This document shows positions 12,191 through 21,793 of a stretch of DNA of 64,000 bases, in pieces. A program made the position numbers and the translations under genes. Location: the UHGV virus genome UHGV-0139776, one strand, 5' to 3'. The notes beneath the pieces were generated by a model. That model was not told the origin of the DNA, searched no databases, and worked only from the letters and a program-made list of their open reading frames with translations. This DNA comes from a virus. Each line of letters starts with the position of its first letter. The stretch's first letter is position 1.

Positions 12191-12820
12191 ATGAACATAC
12201 CACGCAGGGCGACTAGGACTGTTTTTTGTGTCGGTAGCGGTCCGTCACTCACTCGTGAGGACTGTGCTGCTATAGAAAAAACTGGCTGTTCAATCATCGC
12301 GGTTAACAATTCCTGGCAGATGTTCGATGACATTTATGCCTTATACGCCGGTGATTTGTCATGGTGGAAGCAATACGGATCCACCATACCGGGAGGGAGA
12401 TTCCGCAAAGTGACAGCCAACCTGGCGGCGGCGAAATCATTTTCGTTGGAGTACAGGCGATATTGTGGACCGGCGGAAGGGGTAAATAGCGGCGCGCAGG
12501 CTATCAGTCTGGCTGCTGAATCAGGGGCTGAAGTAGTGGTATTAGTCGGCTATGACTGTTCTCTGCAAAACGGCCTTCATTGGCATGGCGCGCACCCTCA
12601 AGCCCTACGGAATCCAACGCAGGTTTCTATTTCAAAATGGCAACAGCAGTTCCTGGATACCCGCAAAAAACACGCAGATTTACATATTTTGAATGCAAGT
12701 AGGAGCAGTGCAATTCAATGTTTCCCAAGAATAAATTTAGAGGCAGTGATCGCGTTATTATCGTCGGCAGTGGCCCAAGCGCCGCAAACTTTGTTGCGCC
12801 GCGCGGAGTGCCGATTATAG
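12191..12820 (+). CDS. GxGPS-motif protein (DUF115/MptE-like fold), paralogue 1
   Basis: VFCVGSGPSL...IIAVNN motif; ATG at 12191 (track start 12158). Confidence 0.45.
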   Translation: MNIPRRATRTVFCVGSGPSLTREDCAAIEKTGCSIIAVNNSWQMFDDIYALYAGDLSWWKQYGSTIPGGRFRKVTANLAAAKSFSLEYRRYCGPAEGVNSGAQAISLAAESGAEVVVLVGYDCSLQNGLHWHGAHPQALRNPTQVSISKWQQQFLDTRKKHADLHILNASRSSAIQCFPRINLEAVIALLSSAVAQAPQTLLRRAECRL

Positions 12821-13344
12821 CGGTCAATGGGGCCATCGACTGGCTGAACCGCGCTTCTTATTTTTTCACACTTGATCCATCGCCAGACAATATGCGGCGC
12901 GTTGGTCGTGGCCGCCGTCGCCGTGGTGTTTGTTATTGCATGGCACTACGCGATGTTAAAGAACGTGAAGTCAGAGACGGCGTTCTGTGCTTCCGTCGTG
13001 TGGCTGAACGTGGCATGGAGCCAAAAAATACGAATTCTCCCGAGTGGTGGGCGTGGCGCTGGTCCGCACATTTCGGACTTTGCGAAGATGAGAATGAAAT
13101 TGCCAGCGGCAATAGTGCATATGGCGCTCTGAACCTGGCTTTCCATATCGGATTCAAACATGTCGCCCTGGTGGGCGTTGACGCTACACAAGAACCACGC
13201 GTTCACTCCGGCGGCACGCCAAAAAATCTAAGTCACCTGCCTTTGTTATTCCAGTCTGCGCGTGAACGGATTGACGTTGTTTCATGCGGGAAAATGGGAG
13301 GTATTCCGCAGATGACTCTTAAAGAATGGCTGAAGAATACATGA
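12718..13344 (+). CDS. GxGPS-motif protein, paralogue 2
   Basis: [10 protein letters not shown]...IIAVNG; overlaps paralogue 1 by about 100 nt. Confidence 0.45.
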   Translation: MFPKNKFRGSDRVIIVGSGPSAANFVAPRGVPIIAVNGAIDWLNRASYFFTLDPSPDNMRRVGRGRRRRGVCYCMALRDVKEREVRDGVLCFRRVAERGMEPKNTNSPEWWAWRWSAHFGLCEDENEIASGNSAYGALNLAFHIGFKHVALVGVDATQEPRVHSGGTPKNLSHLPLLFQSARERIDVVSCGKMGGIPQMTLKEWLKNT

Positions 13345-14018
13345 TGGCACCCACAATTTATCACCGTATCGACGGTACCAAATACAGGAATGTCTGGGTT
13401 GTTGGTGATCTGCATGGTTGCTACACCAGACTGATGTCCGAACTCCATCGTGTGGATTTTGACCCGGCGCAGGATTTACTGATATCGGTCGGCGACCTTA
13501 TCGATCGCGGTACTGAAAATGTCGAATGTCTGGAACTATTGCAGATGCCCTGGTTCAGGGCAGTGATGGGGAACCATGAGCGGCTGATGATTGATGCGTT
13601 AAGTCCAGATGGCAACGTGAATAACTGGCTAATGAATGGCGGACAATGGTTCTTCATGCTGGACACTGATCAGGAAATATTAGCCTGGGCGCTGGTGGAG
13701 CTGGTAAAGCGTCTGCCCTATATCATTGAGTTGAACACCGGGCAAGAAACTATCGTTATAGCCCATGCCGACTATCCGGATAATGAATACCAATTCGGTA
13801 AGGAGGTGCCGCTTTTCAACGTTGTCTGGGCGCGCGAGCGTATCAGTGATTCGATGGATGATATTGGTGGCGAAATTTCGGGCGCAGATCGTTTTATCTT
13901 TGGTCACACTCCGGTGAAAAGCCCGAAGACATTCTGGAATCAGCAGTATATCGACACTGGTGCCGTATTTTGCGGAAACCTGACATTGATGAAAGTGAAA
14001 GGTGATGGTGCAGCATGA
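13326..14018 (+). CDS. ppp: Ser/Thr protein phosphatase (lambda PPase-like)
   Basis: metallophosphoesterase motifs GDLHG, GDLIDRG, GNHE. Confidence 0.85.
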   Translation: MAEEYMMAPTIYHRIDGTKYRNVWVVGDLHGCYTRLMSELHRVDFDPAQDLLISVGDLIDRGTENVECLELLQMPWFRAVMGNHERLMIDALSPDGNVNNWLMNGGQWFFMLDTDQEILAWALVELVKRLPYIIELNTGQETIVIAHADYPDNEYQFGKEVPLFNVVWARERISDSMDDIGGEISGADRFIFGHTPVKSPKTFWNQQYIDTGAVFCGNLTLMKVKGDGAA

Positions 14019-14716
14019 AGATTGCTTTAGTTTTTCGCTCTGGTGGTGACTATAACGCTTCCGATGTGCAGTGGCTGGTTAATCAACTGCCAAAAGGCTA
14101 TGAAATTATTTGCCTGACAGACCTGAAGCGTTTACATGTACCTGGCGTCAAAGTTGTCCCATTGATCAACCAGTGGCAAAAGTGCCGTGGCTGGTGGGCG
14201 AAAATAGAGTTGTTCCGACCGGATATAACCGATGATCTGTTCTATCTGGATTTGGACACGGTTATTGCCGGTGATATACGCCCAATCCTAGAGCATCCAC
14301 CAACCAGCTTCACCATGCTTAGGGATTTTTACCATCCACAATATCGTGGCAGCGGTGCCCTGTGGATACCAAATAGTGTAAAAGCGCATATCTGGAGTGC
14401 ATTCTGGCAAGATCCGGAAGGTTGGATTGCTCGTTGTGTTACTACTGAATGCTGGGGTGATCAGGGGTTTTTGCGGAAGGTTATGGGTGATGATACACCA
14501 GCATTTCAGGATCTGTATCCAGGATGGTTTGTAAGTTACAAGGCCGATGTTGTGGAACCTGGTTCAAAATATGCGAGCGCGCGTTACTCCAGGGGGAATG
14601 GGACATTACCAAAGGACTGCCGAATAATCTTTTTCCACGGCAAACCGCGGCCTCGCGAAGTGTCAGAGGATTGGCTTCCCCTCATTAGCTCGTTTTTTGA
14701 GCGAGAATCAGAATAA
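14015..14716 (+). CDS. nucleotide-sugar transferase-like protein (DxD motif)
   Basis: MKIALVF N-terminus and [12 protein letters not shown] motif. Confidence 0.4.
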   Translation: MKIALVFRSGGDYNASDVQWLVNQLPKGYEIICLTDLKRLHVPGVKVVPLINQWQKCRGWWAKIELFRPDITDDLFYLDLDTVIAGDIRPILEHPPTSFTMLRDFYHPQYRGSGALWIPNSVKAHIWSAFWQDPEGWIARCVTTECWGDQGFLRKVMGDDTPAFQDLYPGWFVSYKADVVEPGSKYASARYSRGNGTLPKDCRIIFFHGKPRPREVSEDWLPLISSFFERESE

Positions 14717-14717
14717 T

Positions 14718-14734
14718 ATTGCTCTAATAATTCC
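14718..14734 (+). promoter_or_regulatory. C1 operator-like site
   Basis: ATTGCTCTAATAATTCC immediately after the stop codon. Confidence 0.65.
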
Positions 14735-14742
14735 ATATTTTT

Positions 14743-14770
14743 AAAACGTGATGTACACTCATCACGTTTT
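14743..14770. terminator. bidirectional terminator
   Basis: perfect 11-bp stem AAAACGTGATG/CATCACGTTTT, 6-nt loop, A-run 5' and T-run 3'. Confidence 0.75.
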
Positions 14771-14783
14771 TTATTAGAGCAAT
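14767..14783 (-). promoter_or_regulatory. C1 operator-like site (inverted)
   Basis: reverse complement ATTGCTCTAATAAAAAA. Confidence 0.6.
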
Positions 14784-14797
14784 CCATAAGGTGCACT

Positions 14798-15016
14798 ATG
14801 TGGCCATTCCGACGGAAATATCACTACTGGCTGATCGCCTTTGTTACGCCGACCGGCGGTATCAGGCATGTCATCACCAGGTATCGCAACAAGAGACTCA
14901 CCTTAGCCAGAATTTTACAGGCTGCCATAGGTGAGGGACTGGATACAAATTGCGTAGTCCTTCCACCTTCATACTTAGGAAAAATGACCGAAGCACAAGC
15001 TAATACGGAACTTTGA
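14798..15016 (+). CDS. hypothetical small protein
   Basis: 72-aa ORF, weak support. Confidence 0.25.
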   Translation: MWPFRRKYHYWLIAFVTPTGGIRHVITRYRNKRLTLARILQAAIGEGLDTNCVVLPPSYLGKMTEAQANTEL

Positions 15017-15017
15017 A

Positions 15018-16280
15018 ATGAGCACTTCAGCACAAAACCAATCAATCGAAAATGTATCTATCCCTGACGTCCTGAATGCCGGTATCCCGGCCATTATCCA
15101 GAACATCCGGGCCGCGCAACGCCGCGTTAGTTGTGATGACCTCACAGCACGTTTTTTTGATAATGCGGTTCAGTCAGCGGAGATGCTTCACGCACAGCTT
15201 ATTGATGTTTATAACGCAGAAGCTGATAGCCATAACTCCCTGGTAGATGCAGCTGAAAATATGCAGTTGGATCTCGGTCTGAAGGGTAAAGAAATTGAAG
15301 AGCTTCAGCTGCAAATTGAACATTTGAAACGCCAGCAACAGGACGCGATCGACGATGCGACGCATGACGCCAACCAGCGTGCTGATAATGCCGAACGTAT
15401 AAGCATTGAGCTGGAAACAAAACTCAATGAAATGACCGCGATGGTTGAACTGCGGAACTCACAGATTTCAACTCTAAAATCTCAATATAAAGAGATCATG
15501 AAACTTGATCCTTTTAACCTTGAGAAACGCTATAACAAAGCTAAAAGCGAGCGACAGGAACTGCGTAAGCAGGTCGCCGACCTTAACCAACAGCTCAAAA
15601 AAACTATTAAAGATGCAAGCGAAGCGCGCGTGGCATTTGCTAATAAAAAAGCAGAGGTTACCGCGCTGGTTAATGAGAATGCCAAATTTGCGACGCTCAA
15701 GAAGGAAATGTATGGCATTACTGAGCGCCGTTTCCCTGCAAGCAAACTTCATCCGACGTTAGGGCAAATCTCCTTCTTCCCGCGCCTCCTGGCTTATGGG
15801 ATCTCATCGCCTAAAGAGTTCAATAACGAGCGTCCTTATATCGTTTCTAAGCTGGACTTTGCTTATCAGTTCTGCTGCGACATGGGCTATGCCATTGATA
15901 TCCGGATCAACGAATGGTTGATGCCAAACTTCCAGCCGTTGGCCATTTTCCGCGAGTTCCAGCCGGAAGGTTGGGTAGAGTTCTTCCATGAATTGATCTG
16001 TAAAGAGATGGAAAGCCGCCGCCCGGAACTGGTCCGTCGAGTTGAGTGGGCGCAAGAGGTTATGTTGGCAGAGGCAGAGCTGCCGTTCGAACCGGAATTT
16101 ATTGATGATCTGGCAGCTAAAGGGCTGCATACCCTGTTTGATGTGGTTACCCGCCGTCATGAGCAGTTGGTTGTCGAATTGGGTTTAGAGGAAACAGCGG
16201 CAAGAAGACTTCTCGATGTTTGCTATGCACGTAGCGATGCATGGGAAAAAGAGAACGGCGGCACTATTTACGTTCGCTGA
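15018..16280 (+). CDS. coiled-coil protein
   Basis: 420-aa ORF; long heptad-rich region 100-220 and a globular C-terminal domain. Confidence 0.55.
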   Translation: MSTSAQNQSIENVSIPDVLNAGIPAIIQNIRAAQRRVSCDDLTARFFDNAVQSAEMLHAQLIDVYNAEADSHNSLVDAAENMQLDLGLKGKEIEELQLQIEHLKRQQQDAIDDATHDANQRADNAERISIELETKLNEMTAMVELRNSQISTLKSQYKEIMKLDPFNLEKRYNKAKSERQELRKQVADLNQQLKKTIKDASEARVAFANKKAEVTALVNENAKFATLKKEMYGITERRFPASKLHPTLGQISFFPRLLAYGISSPKEFNNERPYIVSKLDFAYQFCCDMGYAIDIRINEWLMPNFQPLAIFREFQPEGWVEFFHELICKEMESRRPELVRRVEWAQEVMLAEAELPFEPEFIDDLAAKGLHTLFDVVTRRHEQLVVELGLEETAARRLLDVCYARSDAWEKENGGTIYVR

Positions 16281-16352
16281 CAGTTACAGTGTCACTTTTA
16301 ATGCTGGTGGAGTGCGCCCACCAGCATTTTTTTCGTCCAATGAGGAGGGCAT

Positions 16353-16859
16353 TTGAGTATTTTCAATAAACACGCACACCAGGAACGTCCGTATATCGTC
16401 ATAGTTGATATTGATGGAACAATATCAGAGGCAACTGAAGACAGACTGCATTTGCTTCCGCCACCAGGTAAAGGTGCATTAACAAAGGACTGGAACGAGT
16501 TTAATCTCGCCTGTGACACTGATACTCCCATAACTCCAGTTATTGATATTGTGCGCCAGTTATTTAACGTTTACACGGTCTGGTTTGTAACCGGGCGCTG
16601 TGAGATCGCAAGGGATAAAACACGAGCCTGGCTGCGGAAGTACGTAACAAACGGGGCTGAGCCTTTGCTATCTATGCGTCCTGCCACCGATGACAGAAAT
16701 GACGGCCCAGCAAAGATTGATCTCCTTAAGAAAATTGGTCTAAGTAAAATCGCGTTCGCGCTGGAAGATAAGATTGAAGTGGCGCGTGTTTTCAGGAGTC
16801 ACGGCGTACTTACGTTAATGGTCAGGGAGTATGAAAACGCGCTTCTCCATCAACAATAA
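16353..16859 (+). CDS. pap: HAD-superfamily phosphatase-like protein
   Basis: VDIDGTIS (DxDGT) catalytic motif. Confidence 0.65.
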   Translation: MSIFNKHAHQERPYIVIVDIDGTISEATEDRLHLLPPPGKGALTKDWNEFNLACDTDTPITPVIDIVRQLFNVYTVWFVTGRCEIARDKTRAWLRKYVTNGAEPLLSMRPATDDRNDGPAKIDLLKKIGLSKIAFALEDKIEVARVFRSHGVLTLMVREYENALLHQQ

Positions 16860-16875
16860 TTGCTCTAATAAATCT
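16859..16875 (+). promoter_or_regulatory. C1 operator-like site
   Basis: ATTGCTCTAATAAATCT overlapping the stop codon. Confidence 0.65.
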
Positions 16876-16957
16876 TGATTTTTAAAACAGAGAAAGTGAA
16901 AATAAAAACATGCCGCAAGGCGCGGCATGTATCCAATCAATCACAGGAGCTGAAAAT

Positions 16958-17044
16958 ATGAACACGGCATTCAAAATCATTATGGCCGCGATCTATTTCT
17001 GGCTGTTCTCTATCACTTTTGGCGGCATCGTCGCACATGGGTAA
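16958..17044 (+). CDS. 28-aa hydrophobic peptide
   Basis: RBS AGGAG 7 nt upstream; MNTAFKIIMAAIYFWLFSITFGGIVAHG; leads the downstream operon. Confidence 0.3.
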   Translation: MNTAFKIIMAAIYFWLFSITFGGIVAHG

Positions 17045-17053
17045 GGGGGATGC

Positions 17054-17458
17054 ATGAAAGGCGAAGTGAAAGAGCGCGGCATGATTTTCAACGATGAGAT
17101 GGTCCGGGCCATCATCGAAGGAAGGAAAACGCAGACGCGGCGGATAATGAAAAATCAGCCTGCGGAAGTTGGTCCAGAAGCACCAGTGATGGTTAGAAAA
17201 ATTGGTGCAGGTTTTCAGTGGTACGGGGCTGATGGTGTAAGCAGTGTCTTCAATTGCCCCTTTGGTATCGTCGGCGATCGAATTTGGGTTCGTGAAACAT
17301 GGGCGATATTAGGCAATGAGGATGGTTGTAGTGTGGACTGGAACGACAACCTTTGTCGTGGTGATGAGAAGAACGCAGCAAGGATTTATCGGGCCAGTTG
17401 TGAGCAAAAGCCTGGTGATTACGGCTTATGGTCGATACCGGCTGTGAACATCCTCTGA
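17054..17458 (+). CDS. ASCH-domain protein
   Basis: IIEGRKTQTRR ... GDRIWVRETW matches the ASCH GxKxxExR / GDxhxhxE pattern. Confidence 0.55.
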   Translation: MKGEVKERGMIFNDEMVRAIIEGRKTQTRRIMKNQPAEVGPEAPVMVRKIGAGFQWYGADGVSSVFNCPFGIVGDRIWVRETWAILGNEDGCSVDWNDNLCRGDEKNAARIYRASCEQKPGDYGLWSIPAVNIL

Positions 17459-18201
17459 CGTATCGCTTTATTCGTGAGGTTGTGAAGTTCTGGAACGTAC
17501 CGCTAACGGTGTTGCAGGTCGATATAAATCCAGAACTTGGGCAGCCAAATGGTTATACGGAATGGGGACCAAAGGATATTCAGACGCGAACGCCGGTGCT
17601 TAAACCGTTTATGGACATGGTTAAAAAGTACGGTACGCCATACATCGGCGGCGCGTTCTGTACTGACAGGCTAAAACTCACCCCTTTCACGAAATATTGC
17701 GATGACCATTTTGGGCGAGGGAATTACATCACATGGCTCGGTATTCGTGCGGACGAACCCCGTAGGCTGAAACCGAAACCGGGCGTCCGGTATCTTGCCG
17801 AGCTGTCAGATTTTGATAAGTCGGATGTTATCCGGTGGTGGCGAAAACAACCTTTTGATTTGCAAATCCCGGAGCACCTCGGGAACTGTGTTTTTTGCAT
17901 CAAAAAGTCAACGCAAAAGCTGGGGCTTGCATGTAAAGACGAACCAGGTCTGATGCGGGTTTTTAACGAACTGGTTACAGGCAAACACGTCAGGGATGGT
18001 CATCGCAGAACAGGTAAAGACGTTATGTACCGTGGTCACCTGACGCTTGACGGGATTGCCAGAATGTATGCCGACAGCGACTACAGAAATTTGTATCAGG
18101 CGATGGTGCAGGCCAAGCGGTTTGATACTGGTTCGTGTTCCGAATCATGTGAAATCTGGGGTGACCAATTGGAGTTGAAATTCGAAGAGGTAGTGGCATG
18201 A
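17428..18201 (+). CDS. PAPS-reductase-like protein lacking the N-terminal PP-loop
   Basis: begins at the DTG..P.TY motif that in CysH follows the PP-loop; LGIRADEPRR core present. Confidence 0.55.
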   Translation: MVDTGCEHPLTYRFIREVVKFWNVPLTVLQVDINPELGQPNGYTEWGPKDIQTRTPVLKPFMDMVKKYGTPYIGGAFCTDRLKLTPFTKYCDDHFGRGNYITWLGIRADEPRRLKPKPGVRYLAELSDFDKSDVIRWWRKQPFDLQIPEHLGNCVFCIKKSTQKLGLACKDEPGLMRVFNELVTGKHVRDGHRRTGKDVMYRGHLTLDGIARMYADSDYRNLYQAMVQAKRFDTGSCSESCEIWGDQLELKFEEVVA

Positions 18202-18401
18202 CAATCGTAAAAACCCATACCGGTACCGTGATCACCAAAGATGGCCCGCAGGTAAAAAAACTGCACCAAACAGAGCGGATGTGGGTCGTTGGCAAAAACG
18301 AGTTTTACCACAAAGAAACTGGACGCCGCCATTTTGCAGAAAATACGCGCCGCCGACTGCTGTTAGACACCATCAAGCCTATCGAGGTGAAGCATGTTTA
18401 A
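18198..18401 (+). CDS. hypothetical protein
   Basis: 67-aa ORF, start overlaps upstream stop. Confidence 0.4.
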   Translation: MTIVKTHTGTVITKDGPQVKKLHQTERMWVVGKNEFYHKETGRRHFAENTRRRLLLDTIKPIEVKHV

Positions 18402-18633
18402 ACAGAACGAAAAAGCTATCGCTCAAATTGCTGATTATATCCCGCGTGCGTGCCGGGGTATGCAGTTGCAGGAAGCCAAAGCGCGCCTGGAGAAAAAAAT
18501 TGCGCTCTATATTGATGACGGCTGTGATGCCGCCGTTCTTAACGAGGCGTTCGCACCAGCTCTTAACAGTCATACTCGGGAGTCTTTTTTTTCGTGCATC
18601 GCAGCGCAACTTCACCAAGGAGGCATCCAGTGA
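18394..18633 (+). CDS. hypothetical protein
   Basis: 79-aa ORF, coupled. Confidence 0.4.
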   Translation: MFKQNEKAIAQIADYIPRACRGMQLQEAKARLEKKIALYIDDGCDAAVLNEAFAPALNSHTRESFFSCIAAQLHQGGIQ

Positions 18634-19274
18634 GTAACCGTTTTTACATGATGTGCTTGCGTGAAACTGTGGGTAATAACGCCTCATTCCATTGCCATAA
18701 CGGCAATGGTTACAGTTCTGATATCGATCGCGCTCATGTTTACACGCTGGAAGAAGCCCAAAAAGCCTGGAATTGTGGGCGAGATATCGATCAGCCTGTT
18801 TGTGCCGATAGTGTGGATGCAATGGCTGTGTGGCACGTTGATTGCCAGTACATCCCTACAGAAAGCCTGATTGAGTCAGATTGCACTGCGTATGTGGCCT
18901 ACAAAAAAGGTAGCTGGAACGGCAACGATGTTTACTGGCTTCAACACGGTGGATTGCCAACAGATGACTTCAGTAAAGCGACCATCTTTAGCGTCGCCAA
19001 CAAAAACGAACCAGGAATAGTTTGGTTGCCATTTTCCATTGCTGATGCAGCAAAGCGCCGGACGTTCAATATCAATAAATTTAACCGCAGAACAATGGTT
19101 CAGGGCGCAGGTTTGGTCATGCCTGACTGGTTGAAAAAGCAGAACAGAAGAAAGAAGTCGCGAAGCGGGAAGGTGCGTTGGAATTGTCCGCATTGCGGAA
19201 AAATCACCTGGCAGTACAGCCCATATGATTTTGAAGGCTGTCGTGATTACAACTGTGAAGGATGGCGAGAATGA
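18630..19274 (+). CDS. zinc-ribbon protein
   Basis: GTG start 6 nt after AAGGAGG; C-terminal CPHCGK...CRDYNC cysteine cluster. Confidence 0.5.
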   Translation: MSNRFYMMCLRETVGNNASFHCHNGNGYSSDIDRAHVYTLEEAQKAWNCGRDIDQPVCADSVDAMAVWHVDCQYIPTESLIESDCTAYVAYKKGSWNGNDVYWLQHGGLPTDDFSKATIFSVANKNEPGIVWLPFSIADAAKRRTFNINKFNRRTMVQGAGLVMPDWLKKQNRRKKSRSGKVRWNCPHCGKITWQYSPYDFEGCRDYNCEGWRE

Positions 19275-19993
19275 CAATTGACTATCAGGTACTGCGTGAG
19301 GCGGCAGAAAAGGCAACACCAGACGAATGGGTCGCATTTATTTCGCCGGGTACTGGTACATATGCGGTGCATACACCCGGTGATAAACGATGTGGAGACG
19401 TTATCAAATGGCCCGGCTTTGATGGACAGGAAAACGCAGAGAATAACGCTCGTTATGTTGCCGCGTTCAACCCAAAGGTTGCACTGGAGCTGCTTGGTGA
19501 AATTAAGCGCCTGGAGGACACAAATATTGATGCTATGTGTCGAATTGCAGAGCTTGAGACTAATCTCGCGGCGCTGGTGGCGGAGAATGCGGGGCTTAAG
19601 GCCTTCAAAACCGCCGTTTATCAGCAGATGGGCGTCGGATGTGATGCTCCTGAATTCTCCATTACGGTAGGTTTGAGTAACTTACGTCGTTTTGCTGACA
19701 CACTCCACGCCATTGAGCGTGAGTTCTTTACCAAAGAGCTACCTGATGAAGAGCACGAAGGCGAAACATTCAATGAATGTCCACTTAGCTGGGGAATGAG
19801 CGTCGAACAGTACGTTTCCGAGTTTCGCAAATGCCTGGCTGAAGTGCGGGCGCAGGGATTGGAGATGTTTGCACAGAAATGTAACTCAAAATCCGAACAG
19901 TCATTTGCATCTGATATACGCGATAACTGGAAACTACTCGGTGAACATGCCACTGACTTTGCCGCAGAGCTTCGAAAAGGAGGCAACCAGTGA
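19262..19993 (+). CDS. Ea22-like coiled-coil protein, paralogue 1
   Basis: N-terminus TIDYQVLREAAEKAT shared with next gene. Confidence 0.5.
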   Translation: MARMTIDYQVLREAAEKATPDEWVAFISPGTGTYAVHTPGDKRCGDVIKWPGFDGQENAENNARYVAAFNPKVALELLGEIKRLEDTNIDAMCRIAELETNLAALVAENAGLKAFKTAVYQQMGVGCDAPEFSITVGLSNLRRFADTLHAIEREFFTKELPDEEHEGETFNECPLSWGMSVEQYVSEFRKCLAEVRAQGLEMFAQKCNSKSEQSFASDIRDNWKLLGEHATDFAAELRKGGNQ

Positions 19994-20742
19994 GCAAGAT
20001 TGACTATCAGGCACTGCGTGAGGCGGCAGAGCGTGCAATTCCGGCAATGGAACGCCTGTTAATGTTGCCAGTTGATGATGATCTGATAAGCGAACAGGAA
20101 CTTAAAGATTACGGCGTGGATATTGATGCGCTCAACGCCTTCAAATTTCTGACCGGACCAGAAACCGTGCTGGCGCTGCTGGATGAACGGGAAAGAAACC
20201 AGCAATACATAAAACGCCGCGATCAGGAGAACGAGGATATTGCGCTAACGGTAGGGAAGCTGAGAGTTGAGCTTGAGGAAGTAAAACAACACGCTGAAGA
20301 ATTATCCGAAACCAAGGCTGTTCGTAACCAATGGCGGCCAGATATTTGCCCAATAACCGGACGTGCATTTTTCATGTGGATTGAGCATCCAACATTGGGA
20401 AATGTGCCGACATATGGTGGCCCATTAGATAGTTACACCATTCCAACAAAGGACGGTGACGGTGAGTTTTCATGTGAGCGTTACGATCATGATTTTGGCG
20501 GTTGGGTAGAAAGCGAATGTCTTGGGGTATATCTGATTGATGATAGAGAACAATGCAGGGTCTACGAACTGGAGGAACGCGTTAAGGAACTGGATGCTCG
20601 GGAAATATCGCTCCCGGAACGTAGCAGCATGCTTCATCGAACAGATTTTCACGATGATTACCAAACGGTAATGGCATACAAAGTTTCTGAAGTCATCGCT
20701 GCAATCCGCGCCGCAGGCATTCGCATCAAAGGAGGTGAGTAA
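19990..20742 (+). CDS. Ea22-like coiled-coil protein, paralogue 2
   Basis: N-terminus KIDYQALREAAERAI. Confidence 0.5.
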   Translation: MSKIDYQALREAAERAIPAMERLLMLPVDDDLISEQELKDYGVDIDALNAFKFLTGPETVLALLDERERNQQYIKRRDQENEDIALTVGKLRVELEEVKQHAEELSETKAVRNQWRPDICPITGRAFFMWIEHPTLGNVPTYGGPLDSYTIPTKDGDGEFSCERYDHDFGGWVESECLGVYLIDDREQCRVYELEERVKELDAREISLPERSSMLHRTDFHDDYQTVMAYKVSEVIAAIRAAGIRIKGGE

Positions 20743-20915
20743 TGCGTGTGGCATGTATCGGCTTGTTACCGTACCCGACTCGTTTTTGGGCTTCTGCGCT
20801 AATTGCAAAGCCGTATGTCCTGATGGCTGACAACATCATCCCGGCACCAAAGCGCCGCCATACCGGTATTGCAGCGGCACGACGAGCAGCAAAGAGACGC
20901 AGGAGAGCAAAGCGA

Positions 20916-21092
20916 TGAAAAACCGTAAGGCAAAACGACTTTTTTTACAGCGACCTGTGCGTGTGGTGGAGCTGGTTATTAGCAACCATAAGATAGCGGT
21001 ACTCCATCCATTTGGTCAGGTGGCTTTTGCCGCAAAGCGTAAGCCTACTGCGTCACAGAACAGGCGGAAGAAAGGGTACGCTGTAAGATGAA
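20916..21092 (+). CDS. small basic protein (58 aa)
   Basis: MKNRKAK N-terminus paralogous to next ORF; below track cutoff; frame hand-read. Confidence 0.3.
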
Positions 21093-21276
21093 AAACCGTA
21101 AAGCAAAGATTCTGTTAGTTCGTAGAAACGCTCCTGGCGTCTGGCAGTGGGTGAGACTCAGCAACCGACGGATGGGGTTGATGAAATATTACGGGATGAT
21201 GGATTGTGGTTTTTGCAAAAAGCCCAGCGCGGCGCAAAACCGCTGGAAAAACCACTTGCGCACTAAAGGAGAGTGA
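21088..21276 (+). CDS. small basic protein (62 aa)
   Basis: MKNRKAK N-terminus; ATGA overlap with previous ORF. Confidence 0.4.
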   Translation: MKNRKAKILLVRRNAPGVWQWVRLSNRRMGLMKYYGMMDCGFCKKPSAAQNRWKNHLRTKGE

Positions 21277-21277
21277 T

Positions 21278-21793
21278 ATGGCGTTAACACACCGCGAACT
21301 CTGTCAGATTGCGTATAAGTTCCTTAAGCGCAACGGGTTCAAGGTTTGTTTTCATGACCGCTTTATAGCTGTAACCAGTACCGGAGAACAGCCAGATGCT
21401 ATGGGATTCAGAAATTCAGCATCATGCCTGATAGAGGCGAAGTGTTCTCGTGCTGACTTGTTGGCAGATAGGAAAAAGCGTTTTCGTAAAAATCCATCTC
21501 TTGGAATGGGCGACTGGCGATTCTTTATTAGTGAGCCGGGAATTATTTCAGTTGAGGATTTACCACCTGGCTGGGGATTACTTCACGTTGTTAACGGAAG
21601 AGTACGGAAAGTACATGGGTGGCCCAAGGGTAATTGCTGTTGGGGTAATCCTGACGATAAGCCATTTACTGGAAATAAGCAGGTTGAATGCGATTACATG
21701 TTATCTGCATTAAGGCGCATGGAGTTGAGAGGGCACCTTAATGAAATATATGACGGTGTAATTGTTAATAAGAAAGAAGGAAACGCGGCATGA
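21278..21793 (+). CDS. PD-(D/E)xK-like hypothetical protein
   Basis: PDAMGF...LIEAKCS resembles D...ExK nuclease core; ATG at 21278 after AGGAG. Confidence 0.4.
   Translation: MALTHRELCQIAYKFLKRNGFKVCFHDRFIAVTSTGEQPDAMGFRNSASCLIEAKCSRADLLADRKKRFRKNPSLGMGDWRFFISEPGIISVEDLPPGWGLLHVVNGRVRKVHGWPKGNCCWGNPDDKPFTGNKQVECDYMLSALRRMELRGHLNEIYDGVIVNKKEGNAA

Noticed and set aside
20742-20915. Possible 57-aa ORF starting at the stop of the second Ea22-like gene
   Set aside because: My hand translation could not be reconciled with the ORF track (it would read through into the next ORF), so the frame is uncertain; not reported as a feature.
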